From Hydrogenophaga sp. (GTDB lineage Bacteria > Pseudomonadota > Gammaproteobacteria > Burkholderiales > Burkholderiaceae_C): a stretch of 64,000 nt of DNA. Every line of letters starts with the position of its first letter. Position 1 is the first letter of the stretch. Under the pieces are notes generated by a model. The model saw only the letters and a list, made by a program, of their open reading frames with translations, was not told the DNA's origin and ran no database searches. The DNA lies in assembly GCA_018333605.1 (NCBI GenBank), contig JAGXSV010000023.1:9109-73108 (forward strand), read 5' to 3'. A program made the position numbers and the translations under genes. Positions 1 through 10,097 of the stretch are shown here, one piece after another.

Positions 1-715
<715 letters not shown>

Positions 716-759
716 TTAAAAAATTCAAGTTGGCAATGCAAGGCGCCACGCACACGAGT

Positions 760-794
760 GTGCGGTGATTGGATGTCTTGTGCGATCATCGCGC
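760..794. promoter_or_regulatory. PcaR/PobR-type IclR operator(s)
   Basis: Near-palindrome GTGCGATCATCGCGC (780-794) resembles the PcaR/PcaU box GTGCGATTATCGAAC. A weaker copy, GTGCGGTGATTGGAT, lies at 760-774. Both sit between divergent pobA and the IclR gene. Confidence 0.55.
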
Positions 795-797
795 GGT

Positions 798-1580
798 ATG
801 AGCAAGGAACCCCATCAGATCGCCAAGGCCGACTTCATCGAAGGCATGGCCAAAGGCATGGCGGTGCTGGAGAGTTTTGACACCGAACGCCAGCGCCTCA
901 ACGCCACGCAGGCCGCCGAACGTGCGGGCCTGACCCGGGCGGCGGCCCGGCGGCACCTGCTCACGCTGGCCTACCTGGGCTACCTGGACACCGATGGCAG
1001 CCACTACTGGTTATCGGCCAAGGTGTTGCGTTTTTCGGGCAGTTACCTGGCCTCGGCGCGTTTGCCGCGGCTGCTGCAACCCACCCTGAACCGCCTGGCG
1101 GCACTCACCCGCGAGTCCTTTTCTGCTGTGGTGCTGGATGGCGACGAGGTGGTGATCGTGGCGCGAAGCGCCTCCGTTGGCGGCCAGCGGCTCATGGCCT
1201 ACGGCCTGCACCTGGGCGCACGCCTGCCGGTGCATGCCACGTCCACCGGGCGGGTGTTGCTGGCGGCCTTGCCGCGCACCGAATTCAGCGCCTGGCTGAA
1301 GGGCCGCGAGTTGCCTCGCCTGACGCCGCTGACCACGGTCGACCACAAGGCGTTCCGGGCCATCGTGACGCAAGTTCGGGTAGATGACTTTGCTGTGGCG
1401 AGTGAAGAGCACGAACTCGGCGTGCACGCGCTGGCTGTGCCGCTGCGCAACATGCAGGGCAAAGCCGTGGCGGCGCTCAACGTGGTGGCCTCGCCCGAGC
1501 GGCTGGCGCCGGCCATGATGCGCAAGGATTTGCTGCCGTTGCTGCTGGATGCGGCGCGGGAGTTGCGGCCGCTGCTGTAG
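798..1580 (+). CDS. IclR-family regulator (PobR/PcaR-like)
   Basis: N-terminal HTH (GLTRAAARRHLLTL), LPVHATSTGRVLLA motif; divergent from pobA. Confidence 0.9.
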   Translation: MSKEPHQIAKADFIEGMAKGMAVLESFDTERQRLNATQAAERAGLTRAAARRHLLTLAYLGYLDTDGSHYWLSAKVLRFSGSYLASARLPRLLQPTLNRLAALTRESFSAVVLDGDEVVIVARSASVGGQRLMAYGLHLGARLPVHATSTGRVLLAALPRTEFSAWLKGRELPRLTPLTTVDHKAFRAIVTQVRVDDFAVASEEHELGVHALAVPLRNMQGKAVAALNVVASPERLAPAMMRKDLLPLLLDAARELRPLL

Positions 1581-1641
1581 CGGGCTGTTTCGGCCCGTGC
1601 GCAACCCCACACGGCGTGCGCGGTGAGGGCGCTTGCCGGGT

Positions 1642-2781
1642 CTACTTTTGCAGTGCGCCGCTGGCGTTGATGATCGACAGATCCACCCCGCCCCAGCCTT
1701 TGCGCCGGCTGGGTGTGTAGTTCACATAAATACCGCCGAGGTTGTACTCGCCGAGCTCGGACAGTGCCCGGAGCAGACTCGCCCGGTTGGGTGCGTTGCC
1801 CGCGCGCCGCACCGCTTCTGCTGCGATTTTGGCTCCGAGATAGCCTTCCAGGCTGGAGAACGAGATGGCTTCGCCCGGGGCGTATTTCTTCATGTCGGCC
1901 TGGAACTCGGTGATCACGGGTTTGGACGGGACAAACGGGTAGGGCACCGCCTGGCTGAGCACGATACCGCGCGCCGCCTCGATACCGACTTCCTGGCCCA
2001 GCACATCGTGCAGCAGCACCGACAGCCCGTAGAACTGCGTTTTGCCCCCCGGTGCTGCCCGCATGGCCCGAATGAACTCAAAAGCCGGTTTGCCCGCAGC
2101 CAGCAGCAGGATGGCTTTGGGCTGGCTCTTGCTGACCTGGCTCACAGCCGCCCTGACGCTGGCTTCCAATTGGTTGGGCGTGGCGTCCAGCACCTGGTGG
2201 GTCACGATCTGGATCCCGGCTTCGCCCACGAGTTCGTGGGTCAGGGTGGCCAGCGATGGACCGAAGGCGATGTTCATGTTCACCACCGCCAGTCGGTCCT
2301 TGCCCCAGGTTTTGGCCTCCTTGAGCAAGGCAGCGATCTCGTCGGCGTAGCCACTGCGCAGCGGAAACACGTTGCGCGCACCCACCACATGCTTGTCCCC
2401 TTGCAGTGGGGCAATCAGGGCCATGCCGCTTTTGCCCAACAGGTCCTGTTTGGCGATTTCGGCCAGGCCAGCGCTGTTGAGGAAGCCCAAAAAACCGATG
2501 GCCGATTTGGCATCGATCAGCTCCTGGGTCAGGGCCACCATTTTGGGACCCTGCAAGCCATCGTCCAGGGTGGTGAGCCTGAGTTGGTTGCCACCCACGC
2601 CACCGCCTGCGTTGACTTTGTCGAAATACACGCGAATGCCTGTGCTCATGCCTTTGGCGTTGGCCGCCGAGGCGGGATTGCTGTGAGAAGCGACTTGCGC
2701 GAAGATCACATCGGCGGCACGCGCCGACAGGGAGACGGCGGCACTGGCGGCCAGGATCAGCAGGGAAAGGACTCGGCGCAT
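1642..2781 (-). CDS. ABC transporter substrate-binding protein (Liv/HAAT family)
   Basis: Sec signal peptide; VNAGGGVGG...LDD motif and SLEGYL of periplasmic binding proteins. Confidence 0.85.
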   Translation of the reverse strand: MRRVLSLLILAASAAVSLSARAADVIFAQVASHSNPASAANAKGMSTGIRVYFDKVNAGGGVGGNQLRLTTLDDGLQGPKMVALTQELIDAKSAIGFLGFLNSAGLAEIAKQDLLGKSGMALIAPLQGDKHVVGARNVFPLRSGYADEIAALLKEAKTWGKDRLAVVNMNIAFGPSLATLTHELVGEAGIQIVTHQVLDATPNQLEASVRAAVSQVSKSQPKAILLLAAGKPAFEFIRAMRAAPGGKTQFYGLSVLLHDVLGQEVGIEAARGIVLSQAVPYPFVPSKPVITEFQADMKKYAPGEAISFSSLEGYLGAKIAAEAVRRAGNAPNRASLLRALSELGEYNLGGIYVNYTPSRRKGWGGVDLSIINASGALQK

Positions 2782-2814
2782 GTTGCTAATTTCTTGATAG
2801 GGGGCTTGGGTGGG

Positions 2815-3531
2815 TCAAACGCCCAAGTACTGCTCCAGCAGTTCGGGTTTTGACAGCAGTTCGTCCGAACTGCCCTCAAACGCCACTTCGCCTTTCACCA
2901 GAATCACATTGCGGTCGGTGATTTGCGTCACGTGTTTCCAGTTTTTGTCCACGATGACGCTGCTGATGCCGCTCTCTCGGATCACACCGCAAATGCGCCA
3001 GATCTCCCGCGCGATCAGGGGCGCCAGGCCCTCGGTGGCCTCGTCCAGAATGAGCACGTCGGGGTTGGTCATCAGCGCCCGCCCAATGGTGAGCATCTGC
3101 TGTTCGCCGCCGCTGAGTTGCTGGCCGCCATGGTTCAGCCGCTCGGCCAGGCGCGGGAAGGTGTCGAGCACCCGCTCGTAGGTCCAGTCGCGCTGGCCCC
3201 GGGTGCCGGCGCGGGCGGCCATCACCAGGTTTTCGCGCACGCTCAGGTTGCCAAAAATGCCACGGCCTTCGGGCACGTAGGCCAGGCCCTGACGGGCAAT
3301 TTCATAGGTGGATGCGCCCGTCATGACCTGGCCCTTGATGTGCACGCTGCCACCGCTGGGCTTGACGATGCCCATGATGGACTTGAGCAGGGTCGTCTTG
3401 CCCATGCCGTTGCGGCCCATCAGTCCAATCGTCTGGCCCTGGCCGACGGTGAAGTCCACGCCGCGCAGGATGTGGCTGGCGCCGTAGTGGGTGTTCAGGC
3501 CGGTCGCCTGAATCAAGGCAGTGGTGTTCAT
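2815..3531 (-). CDS. ABC ATP-binding protein (LivF-like)
   Basis: GRNGMGKTT Walker A, LSGGEQQM signature, LILDE Walker B; start at MNTTALIQ. Confidence 0.92.
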   Translation of the reverse strand: MNTTALIQATGLNTHYGASHILRGVDFTVGQGQTIGLMGRNGMGKTTLLKSIMGIVKPSGGSVHIKGQVMTGASTYEIARQGLAYVPEGRGIFGNLSVRENLVMAARAGTRGQRDWTYERVLDTFPRLAERLNHGGQQLSGGEQQMLTIGRALMTNPDVLILDEATEGLAPLIAREIWRICGVIRESGISSVIVDKNWKHVTQITDRNVILVKGEVAFEGSSDELLSKPELLEQYLGV

Positions 3532-4292
3532 GCGTGCTCCTCGCCCAGATAGGCGGCCTGCACAACGGGGTCTGCGCGCACTTGCGCCGGCGTACCGCTG
3601 GCAATCACCTGGCCGTTGACCATCACGGTGAGCTGGTCCGCCAGCGCAAAGACGGCGTCCATGTCGTGCTCCACCAGCATCATGGCGTGGTTTTTCTTCA
3701 GTTTCAGCAACAGCGCCACCATGCTCTCGGCTTCGGCCTGACCCATGCCGGCCAGGGGTTCGTCCAGCAGCAGCACGGTGGGTTCGGTGGCCAGGGTCAT
3801 GGCAATTTCCAGCTGGCGCTGTTCGCCGTGGCTGATGGTGCCGGCCACGGTGGGGCCGCGGTGGGTGAGGCCGGCGAGCTCCAGGGCCCGTTCGCAGCGC
3901 TGGTTCACCGCGCGCAGCTGGTCGGCGCGGCCCAGCCAGCGCAGGGGGTTCCAGGGCGAGTGGCGCTCGCTGGACTGAGCGGCCAACCGCACGTTGTCCC
4001 ACACGGTGAAAGGCAGAAAGATATTGGTCTTTTGGTAGCTGCGACCCAGGCCCAGACGCGAAATGCGCTCAGGGCTTTGGCCAGCGGTTTCCACGCCATT
4101 GAGCGTGATGCGCCCCGAGGTGGGCGGCAGGTCGCCCGAGAGCAGGTTGGTCAGGGTCGATTTCCCCGCGCCGTTGGGGCCAATCACCGCGTGAATGCGG
4201 TCGCGAAACAGGTCCACCGACACGTCGTTGACCGCGGCCAGACCGCCGAAGCGCTTGGTGAGGTGTTGGGCTGAGAGCAGCAGTTCAGACAT
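3528..4292 (-). CDS. ABC ATP-binding protein (LivG-like)
   Basis: GPNGAGKST, LLLDEP, VEHDM, VQAAYLG; start at MSELLLSAQ. Confidence 0.92.
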   Translation of the reverse strand: MSELLLSAQHLTKRFGGLAAVNDVSVDLFRDRIHAVIGPNGAGKSTLTNLLSGDLPPTSGRITLNGVETAGQSPERISRLGLGRSYQKTNIFLPFTVWDNVRLAAQSSERHSPWNPLRWLGRADQLRAVNQRCERALELAGLTHRGPTVAGTISHGEQRQLEIAMTLATEPTVLLLDEPLAGMGQAEAESMVALLLKLKKNHAMMLVEHDMDAVFALADQLTVMVNGQVIASGTPAQVRADPVVQAAYLGEEHA

Positions 4293-4296
4293 GGCT

Positions 4297-5286
4297 TCAG
4301 TGTTCCTTCTTGCCCAGCAGGCGCTCGCCCAGACCCAGCAAGCCACGCGGCGCCAGCACCACCACCAGCACAATGAAGCCCCCCATGAGCAGCTGCCAGT
4401 GTTTGGTCAGGTCTTTGAAGAAGTGCATCACGTATTCAAACGCGAAGGCGCCCACGATGGCCCCGGCAAAGTTGCCCATGCCGCCCAGAATCACCATCAT
4501 GATGGCGTGTGCGCTCATGTGAAAGCCCATGAGTTCGGGGTTCACGTAGCCCGTTTGTGCGGCCCACAAAAACCCGGCCACGCCGGCCAGCGAGCCGGCC
4601 AGCGTAAACGCCGCCAGCTTGTAGCCAAAGGTGCCGTAGCCCACGGCGCGCATGCGGTGTTCGTTCACCCGAATGCCCGAGAGCACCCGACCAAACGGCG
4701 AGAACAGCAGGCGCCGCAAAAACGCATACACCAGCACCAGCACGGCCAGCGTGAAGTAATAGAACGTGGTCTTGTTCTCCAGGTCAATACCGGTCCACCC
4801 GAACAGCGTCGCGTCGGGCCGGAAGTTCACATACAGACCGTCAGACCCGCCCAGGGCTTTGTTGTCGAAGAACAGGAAGAACACCATTTGCGCAAACGCC
4901 ATGGTGACCATGATGAAGTAGATGCCGTGGGTGCGGACCACGAAGAAACCAATGATGAGTGCCGCCAGGCCAGCGCCGAGCGCCGAGGCGGGCAGCGCCC
5001 ACCACAGGCTGATGGGCGTGTCGGCCGGGGTCAGGAACGCCAGGGCATAGCCGGCCAGCCCGAAGTAGGCTGCGTGGCCCAGCGAGACCATGCCGGTCAC
5101 GCCCTGCAGCAAATCGAGGCTCATGGCGAAGATGGCCAGGATCATCATTTGCGAGAGCATCTGCAAATAGAAGGCGCTGCCTTCCACCGGCACAAACGGG
5201 AAGACGGCCAGCGCCAGGGCGCCGGTGCCCAGTAGCACTTGCATGCTCTTGGGCAGCAATTCGAGGGTGGCTTTGGGGGAGCTCAT
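4297..5286 (-). CDS. ABC permease (LivM-like)
   Basis: Hydrophobic; SLGHAAYFG, SPFGRVLSGIRVNE and ILGGMG motifs. Confidence 0.9.
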   Translation of the reverse strand: MSSPKATLELLPKSMQVLLGTGALALAVFPFVPVEGSAFYLQMLSQMMILAIFAMSLDLLQGVTGMVSLGHAAYFGLAGYALAFLTPADTPISLWWALPASALGAGLAALIIGFFVVRTHGIYFIMVTMAFAQMVFFLFFDNKALGGSDGLYVNFRPDATLFGWTGIDLENKTTFYYFTLAVLVLVYAFLRRLLFSPFGRVLSGIRVNEHRMRAVGYGTFGYKLAAFTLAGSLAGVAGFLWAAQTGYVNPELMGFHMSAHAIMMVILGGMGNFAGAIVGAFAFEYVMHFFKDLTKHWQLLMGGFIVLVVVLAPRGLLGLGERLLGKKEH

Positions 5287-5296
5287 AGGGTCGTTA

Positions 5297-6160
5297 TCAT
5301 TGTTTGAACAAGCCTTCGGGCTTGTAGAGAAGCACGCCGGCCATGAGCATGTACACCGCCATGCCGGCAATTTGGGGCACCAGCACCTTGCCAAAGGTAT
5401 CGACCAGGCCCACCAGCAGGGCCGCCACCAGGGCACCGCGCACCGAGCCAATGCCACCAATCACCACCACCACAAAGCACATGATCAGCACCGAACTGCC
5501 CATGCCGGGGTACACGCTGGCGATGGGCGAGGCGATCATGCCGGCGATGGCCGCCAGCGCCACGCCCAGTGCAAACACCACGCCGTGGATCAGCCGGATA
5601 TTGATGCCCAGGGCTTCGGTCATTTCGCGGTTGAAGGCGCCGGCGCGGATTTTCATGCCCAAGCGGGTTTTGGAGATCAACAGGTACAGACCCAGCGCCA
5701 GCCCCACGCACACGGCTGAAATCACCAGCCGGTAGACCGGGTAAGAGAGGTTTTCGGTCAGGGGAATGGACCAGTTCACCAGCTCGGGCACTTGAACCGC
5801 GTGCACGTCGTCGCCCCACAAAATGGAGCGCACTTCTTCGAAGATGTAGATCAGGCCAAAGGTGAGCAGCACCTGGTCCAGGTGGTCGCGGTGATAGAAA
5901 TGGCGAAACAGCAACCACTCCAGCACCCAGCCCAGCGCCACGGCAATCACCGTGCCCACCAGAATCGCCAGCACCAGGCTGTCAAACTGGGCGGCCAGAA
6001 ACCAGGCCATGTAGGCGCCCAGCATGTAGAAGCTGCCATGGGCCAGGTTCACCACGCCCATGATGCCGAAGATCAGGGTGAGGCCCGCCGCCAGCATGAA
6101 CAGCAACAGGCCGTATTGCAGGCTGTTGAGCAACTGAATCAGGAAATTGGCGAAATCCAT
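5297..6160 (-). CDS. ABC permease (LivH-like)
   Basis: GLTLIFGIMGVVNLAHG and VVVIGGIGS motifs. Confidence 0.92.
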   Translation of the reverse strand: MDFANFLIQLLNSLQYGLLLFMLAAGLTLIFGIMGVVNLAHGSFYMLGAYMAWFLAAQFDSLVLAILVGTVIAVALGWVLEWLLFRHFYHRDHLDQVLLTFGLIYIFEEVRSILWGDDVHAVQVPELVNWSIPLTENLSYPVYRLVISAVCVGLALGLYLLISKTRLGMKIRAGAFNREMTEALGINIRLIHGVVFALGVALAAIAGMIASPIASVYPGMGSSVLIMCFVVVVIGGIGSVRGALVAALLVGLVDTFGKVLVPQIAGMAVYMLMAGVLLYKPEGLFKQ

Positions 6161-6199
6161 AAGGCGCAATGGGCTGGTAAAAGGGCAAAAGAGACCCTC

Positions 6200-6226
6200 C
6201 AAACCGGCCCTTGCGAGGCCGGTTTG
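6200..6226. terminator. Hairpin downstream of the binding-protein gene (mRNA stabiliser or partial terminator)
   Basis: CAAACCGGCC-cttgcga-GGCCGGTTTG inverted repeat between the binding-protein and permease genes. Confidence 0.55.
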
Positions 6227-6254
6227 TGGGTGGCGTCTGCATTGAGTTTGAAGG

Positions 6255-7442
6255 TCAGCCCATGCGGCAGCCGGTGGCCGGATCGGCCACGGCTTTGGCC
6301 GCAATGCCCAGCACTTTGTTTTCTTTGTTGACCACCTGGCGCAGGTACATGTCCTGAATCGGGTTGTGTGCCTTGCTCATGGTCCACTTGCCCCGTGGGC
6401 TGTCAATCACGGCACCTTGCATGGCGGCAAACAGCACTTTTTTGTTGGACATATCGCCCTTGACCGCGTTGGCCCCCTTGATCAGCAGCAAGCCGGTGTC
6501 GTAGCCCTGAACCGCGTACACGTCGGGCTGCATGCGGAACGCCTTGGCGTATTCCAGGCGGAACTGCTTGTTGCGTGGCGTGTCCAGCGAGTCGCTGTAG
6601 TGCATGGTGGTCAACACACCATCGGCGGCCGGGCCGGCGGCTTCCAGCACGCCTTCGGTCAGGAAGCCCGAGCCATACAGCTGAATGTTCTTGCTCAGGC
6701 CGGCGGCGTGGAAGTCGCGCATGAATTTGGCCGCGCCGCCGCCGGCAAAGAAACACGCCACGGCGTCGGGTTTGAGGGAGGCAATTTCGGTCAGCAGGGC
6801 CTGGAACTCCACGTTCGGGAACGGCAGGCCAAGCTTTTTGATGATCGTGCCGCCGGCTTCGGTGTAGCTCTTCTCAAAGCCTTCAAAAGCCTCGTCGCCA
6901 GCGGCGTAGTTCCACGTGATCCAGACAGCCTTCTTGTGACCGCGGTCCACCATGGCCTTGCCCAGCGCCAGCGTGGGCTGGGAGTTGGTGAACGAGGTGC
7001 GGAACACGTTCGGTGAGCACTGGGCGCGCGTGGCCGCATGCACGCCGGCGTTGGGGATCAGGCTGAGCACACCGGTGTCGCGCGCCACCTTGTGAATACC
7101 CATTTGAACGCCCGAATGCACCGTGCCCACCAGCACATCCACCTTGTCGCGCTGTACCAGGCGGGTGGCGTTTTCAATGCCCTTGGCGGGGTTGGATTCG
7201 TCGTCCACCTTGAAAAACTCAACCTCGCGGCCTCCCAGCTTGCCACCTTGTTCGTTCAGTGCCATGCGAAAGCCGTTTTCAATGGCCACGCCCAGTTGTG
7301 CAAAGGTGCCGGTGTAGGGCAGCATGAAGCCCACGCGCACCTTGTCGGCCTGGGCCCGCACGATTTGAGGTAGGAGCAAGCCGGTGGATGCGGCGCCAAT
7401 CACGGCAGCGCTGCGGGTGAGAACAAGTCGGCGGGTGGTCAT
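6255..7442 (-). CDS. ABC substrate-binding protein, probably for aromatic acids; Tat-like signal
   Basis: MTTRRLVL twin-Arg N-terminus; GFMLPYTG and GTVHSGV motifs; pobA context. Confidence 0.88.
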   Translation of the reverse strand: MTTRRLVLTRSAAVIGAASTGLLLPQIVRAQADKVRVGFMLPYTGTFAQLGVAIENGFRMALNEQGGKLGGREVEFFKVDDESNPAKGIENATRLVQRDKVDVLVGTVHSGVQMGIHKVARDTGVLSLIPNAGVHAATRAQCSPNVFRTSFTNSQPTLALGKAMVDRGHKKAVWITWNYAAGDEAFEGFEKSYTEAGGTIIKKLGLPFPNVEFQALLTEIASLKPDAVACFFAGGGAAKFMRDFHAAGLSKNIQLYGSGFLTEGVLEAAGPAADGVLTTMHYSDSLDTPRNKQFRLEYAKAFRMQPDVYAVQGYDTGLLLIKGANAVKGDMSNKKVLFAAMQGAVIDSPRGKWTMSKAHNPIQDMYLRQVVNKENKVLGIAAKAVADPATGCRMG

Positions 7443-7581
7443 GGTTAGTCTCCTGTTGGGGGTGTCGGTTAGCGGGTCAATGTAGGCGTGTCAGGCCGGT
7501 TTGGGGATAGTGAATTACCCGAACTTCAAGCCTGAAATATTCAGATCTAAAAAAATGCTGTTGGGCTGATGCAGGACCGCA

Positions 7582-8052
7582 TCAGCTTGCGGCAAGCGTC
7601 AGTGGCAACCACTGGCGGCACCAGGCCACGCCCTCGGTCTCCGGTTCGGTGCCCGCTGAGGCATCGTGCCGGAACACCTCACCCACGCGCACGGCACCCA
7701 GGTCGGCCAGGCGTTCATCGAAGCGTTGGCCGCCATTGCAGAAAGTCTGGGGGTAGGCGCTGTCACCCAGCGCGATCACGCCATAACGCACCGAGCCCAG
7801 AGGGCGGGGCGTCTGGGCCAGCGATTCGTACAAGGCCTTGGCGTTGTCCGGTACATCGCCCGCACCATAGGTGGACGTACAGATGACATATAGTGCATCT
7901 TCTTGGAAGGCGCTGATATCCAGACCGTCCATCATCCGCACCTCGATGGTATCCACCAGATCGGTGCAATCCATCTCGATGGCCTGGGCCACGTATTCAG
8001 CGGTGTTGGTCATGGTGCCAACCAGGATGTTGAGTTTTCGAATCTTGTTCAT
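7582..8052 (-). CDS. Flavodoxin (MioC-like)
   Basis: GTMTNTAE FMN loop, TSTYGAGDVPDN, ALGDSAY..FCNGG. Confidence 0.9.
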   Translation of the reverse strand: MNKIRKLNILVGTMTNTAEYVAQAIEMDCTDLVDTIEVRMMDGLDISAFQEDALYVICTSTYGAGDVPDNAKALYESLAQTPRPLGSVRYGVIALGDSAYPQTFCNGGQRFDERLADLGAVRVGEVFRHDASAGTEPETEGVAWCRQWLPLTLAAS

Positions 8053-8181
8053 GGCGTTTGCTGCAATATATTGCATATTTCCCGGAGCGGCGATGGGTGA
8101 AAACCCTTGTATCCCAACGCATCGCCGCCGGCAGCGGCGCAAACCTGCACCCGCAGGTGGGCGCCACCCTTGGGTTCAGCC

Positions 8182-8208
8182 AAAAAAAAGCCCCCATGCG
8201 ATGGGGGC
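8182..8208 (-). terminator. Rho-independent terminator of tyrB
   Basis: GCCCCCAT-gcg-ATGGGGGC stem next to an A8 run (U-tract on the minus strand). Confidence 0.8.
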
Positions 8209-8247
8209 CTGTGTCTGGTTTCGTCAGCGTGCTGAACGTTTGACCCG

Positions 8248-9444
8248 TCAGATCACCTTGGCAATCGCCTGGCAGACGTAGTCGATGTTTTTGCTGTTCA
8301 AGGCGGCCACGCACATGCGACCGGTGTCGGTGCCGTACACGCCAAACTCACTGCGCAGGCGCACCATCTGGTCCTTGCTCAGCCCCGAGTAGCTGAACAT
8401 GCCGATCTGGCTGGTGATGAAGCTCATGTCCTGCTTCACCCCGGCGGCTTTCAGGCCATCCACCAGCTTCTGGCGCATCGCCTTGATGCGCACGCGCATG
8501 TCGCCCAGTTCTTTTTCCCACAGGGCGCGCAGCTCGGGGTTGTTCAGCACCGCCGCCACCACCGCGCCACCGTGAATGGGCGGGTTTGAGTAGTTGGTGC
8601 GGATCACGATCTTGAGCTGGGACAACACCCGCGAGGCTTCGTCCTTGTTTTCGCACAGCACCGAGAGCGCGCCCACGCGCTCACCGTACAGGCTGAAACT
8701 CTTGGAGAACGAGGTCGACACCAAGAACGTGAGGCCCGCCGCCACGAACTTGCCAATGACCGCGCCGTCTTCGGCAATGCCGTGGCCAAAGCCCTGGTAG
8801 GCCATGTCGAGGAAAGGCGTGAGGCCACGGGCCTTCACGGCGGCAATCACCTGGTCCCATTGCTCGGGCGTGATGTCGTAGCCGGTCGGGTTGTGGCAGC
8901 AGGCGTGCAGCACCACGATGGTGCCGGGCTCGGCAGCATTCAGGCTGGCGAGCATGCCGTCAAAGTTCACGCCGCGCTTCTCGGCGTCGTAATAGGTATA
9001 GGTGTCCACCACAAAGCCCGCGTTGGTGAACAGCGCGCGGTGGTTTTCCCAGCTGGGATCGCTGATCAGCACCTTGGCATTGGGGCTCAGGCGCTTCAGG
9101 AAGTCCGCACCAATTTTCAGACCGCCGGTGCCGCCGATGGCCTGCACCGTGGCCACACGGCCGGACTGCACCGGCTCGCTGTCGGCGCCAAACACCAGGC
9201 TCTTCACGGCAGCGTCATAGGCGGCAATGCCGTCGATGGGCAAATAACCGCGTGCGCTGGGCGTGGCCATCATGGTTTTTTCGGCGGCTTGCACGCATTG
9301 CAGCAGGGGCAGCTTGCCGTTGTCGTCGAAATACACGCCCACGCCAAGGTTGACTTTGTTGGGGTTGGTGTCGGCGGCAAACTGTTCATTCAGACCCAGA
9401 ATCGGGTCGCGCGGAGCCATTTCAACGGCTGAGAAAAGAGACAT
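8248..9444 (-). CDS. tyrB: Aromatic amino acid/aspartate aminotransferase
   Basis: APRDPILGL, NLGVGVY, HACCHNPTG, and SFSKSFSLYGERVG containing the PLP lysine. Confidence 0.93.
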   Translation of the reverse strand: MSLFSAVEMAPRDPILGLNEQFAADTNPNKVNLGVGVYFDDNGKLPLLQCVQAAEKTMMATPSARGYLPIDGIAAYDAAVKSLVFGADSEPVQSGRVATVQAIGGTGGLKIGADFLKRLSPNAKVLISDPSWENHRALFTNAGFVVDTYTYYDAEKRGVNFDGMLASLNAAEPGTIVVLHACCHNPTGYDITPEQWDQVIAAVKARGLTPFLDMAYQGFGHGIAEDGAVIGKFVAAGLTFLVSTSFSKSFSLYGERVGALSVLCENKDEASRVLSQLKIVIRTNYSNPPIHGGAVVAAVLNNPELRALWEKELGDMRVRIKAMRQKLVDGLKAAGVKQDMSFITSQIGMFSYSGLSKDQMVRLRSEFGVYGTDTGRMCVAALNSKNIDYVCQAIAKVI

Positions 9445-9770
9445 GCTGGGTTTCCTGGGGGGTTGATGTCAAAGACAGCGCGCATTTTACCGGGCGCTTT
9501 GTGCACGGACCCAAGCCTGCGGGGCATCCATGGCCTCGAGTCGCGTGCGTTCACGGCGTGGCGCCAGCTTGGGGGGGCGCGGTGCAAGGGCAGGCGCAGG
9601 CTTGAGAACGAAGGAGTGGGCGTGGCCGGACCAACGGCCCTTGCAATAGCCGGTTTCTCGTACACACAATTACACTTAGTAATAAAGACTTCCAGGCAAG
9701 TCTGTTCGGTCAGGCTCGCGATGTGGCGCATTCCTGAGTCATTTTTTGAAATCTGTAGGGGAGAAAAGCA

Positions 9771-10043
9771 ATGAATGCCGTGTCGACTTTCACAGGGCGC
9801 AGGGCCTGTCATGTGGTGGCAGGTCTGTCGATGACCTTGGTGCTGGGTTGGGCACAGGCCGCACCAACCGCACCGGCCACGGAGCCGGGGTCATCACCGC
9901 CAGCCGCCGAAGGCAAACCCTTGCCAGCGGCAACACCCCACAAGCACAAAAACTCCCACGCCCACCGGGCCCCCAGCCGCACACCGATCATGCCCGAGAG
10001 GACGCCGTCGCGACCGTTGCCGCCGTTGCCGCCCCAGCGTTGA
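9771..10043 (+). CDS. Small secreted Pro/His-rich protein (paralogue of 16709-17008)
   Basis: RBS GGGGAG; signal peptide ending AQA-A; C-terminal HKH...PIMPER...PLPP. Confidence 0.65.
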   Translation: MNAVSTFTGRRACHVVAGLSMTLVLGWAQAAPTAPATEPGSSPPAAEGKPLPAATPHKHKNSHAHRAPSRTPIMPERTPSRPLPPLPPQR

Positions 10044-10097
10044 AGCTGGTCAATTTATCTCGCTTGGCACGTCCTTCAGTTTTTACGGTGAAGCATC

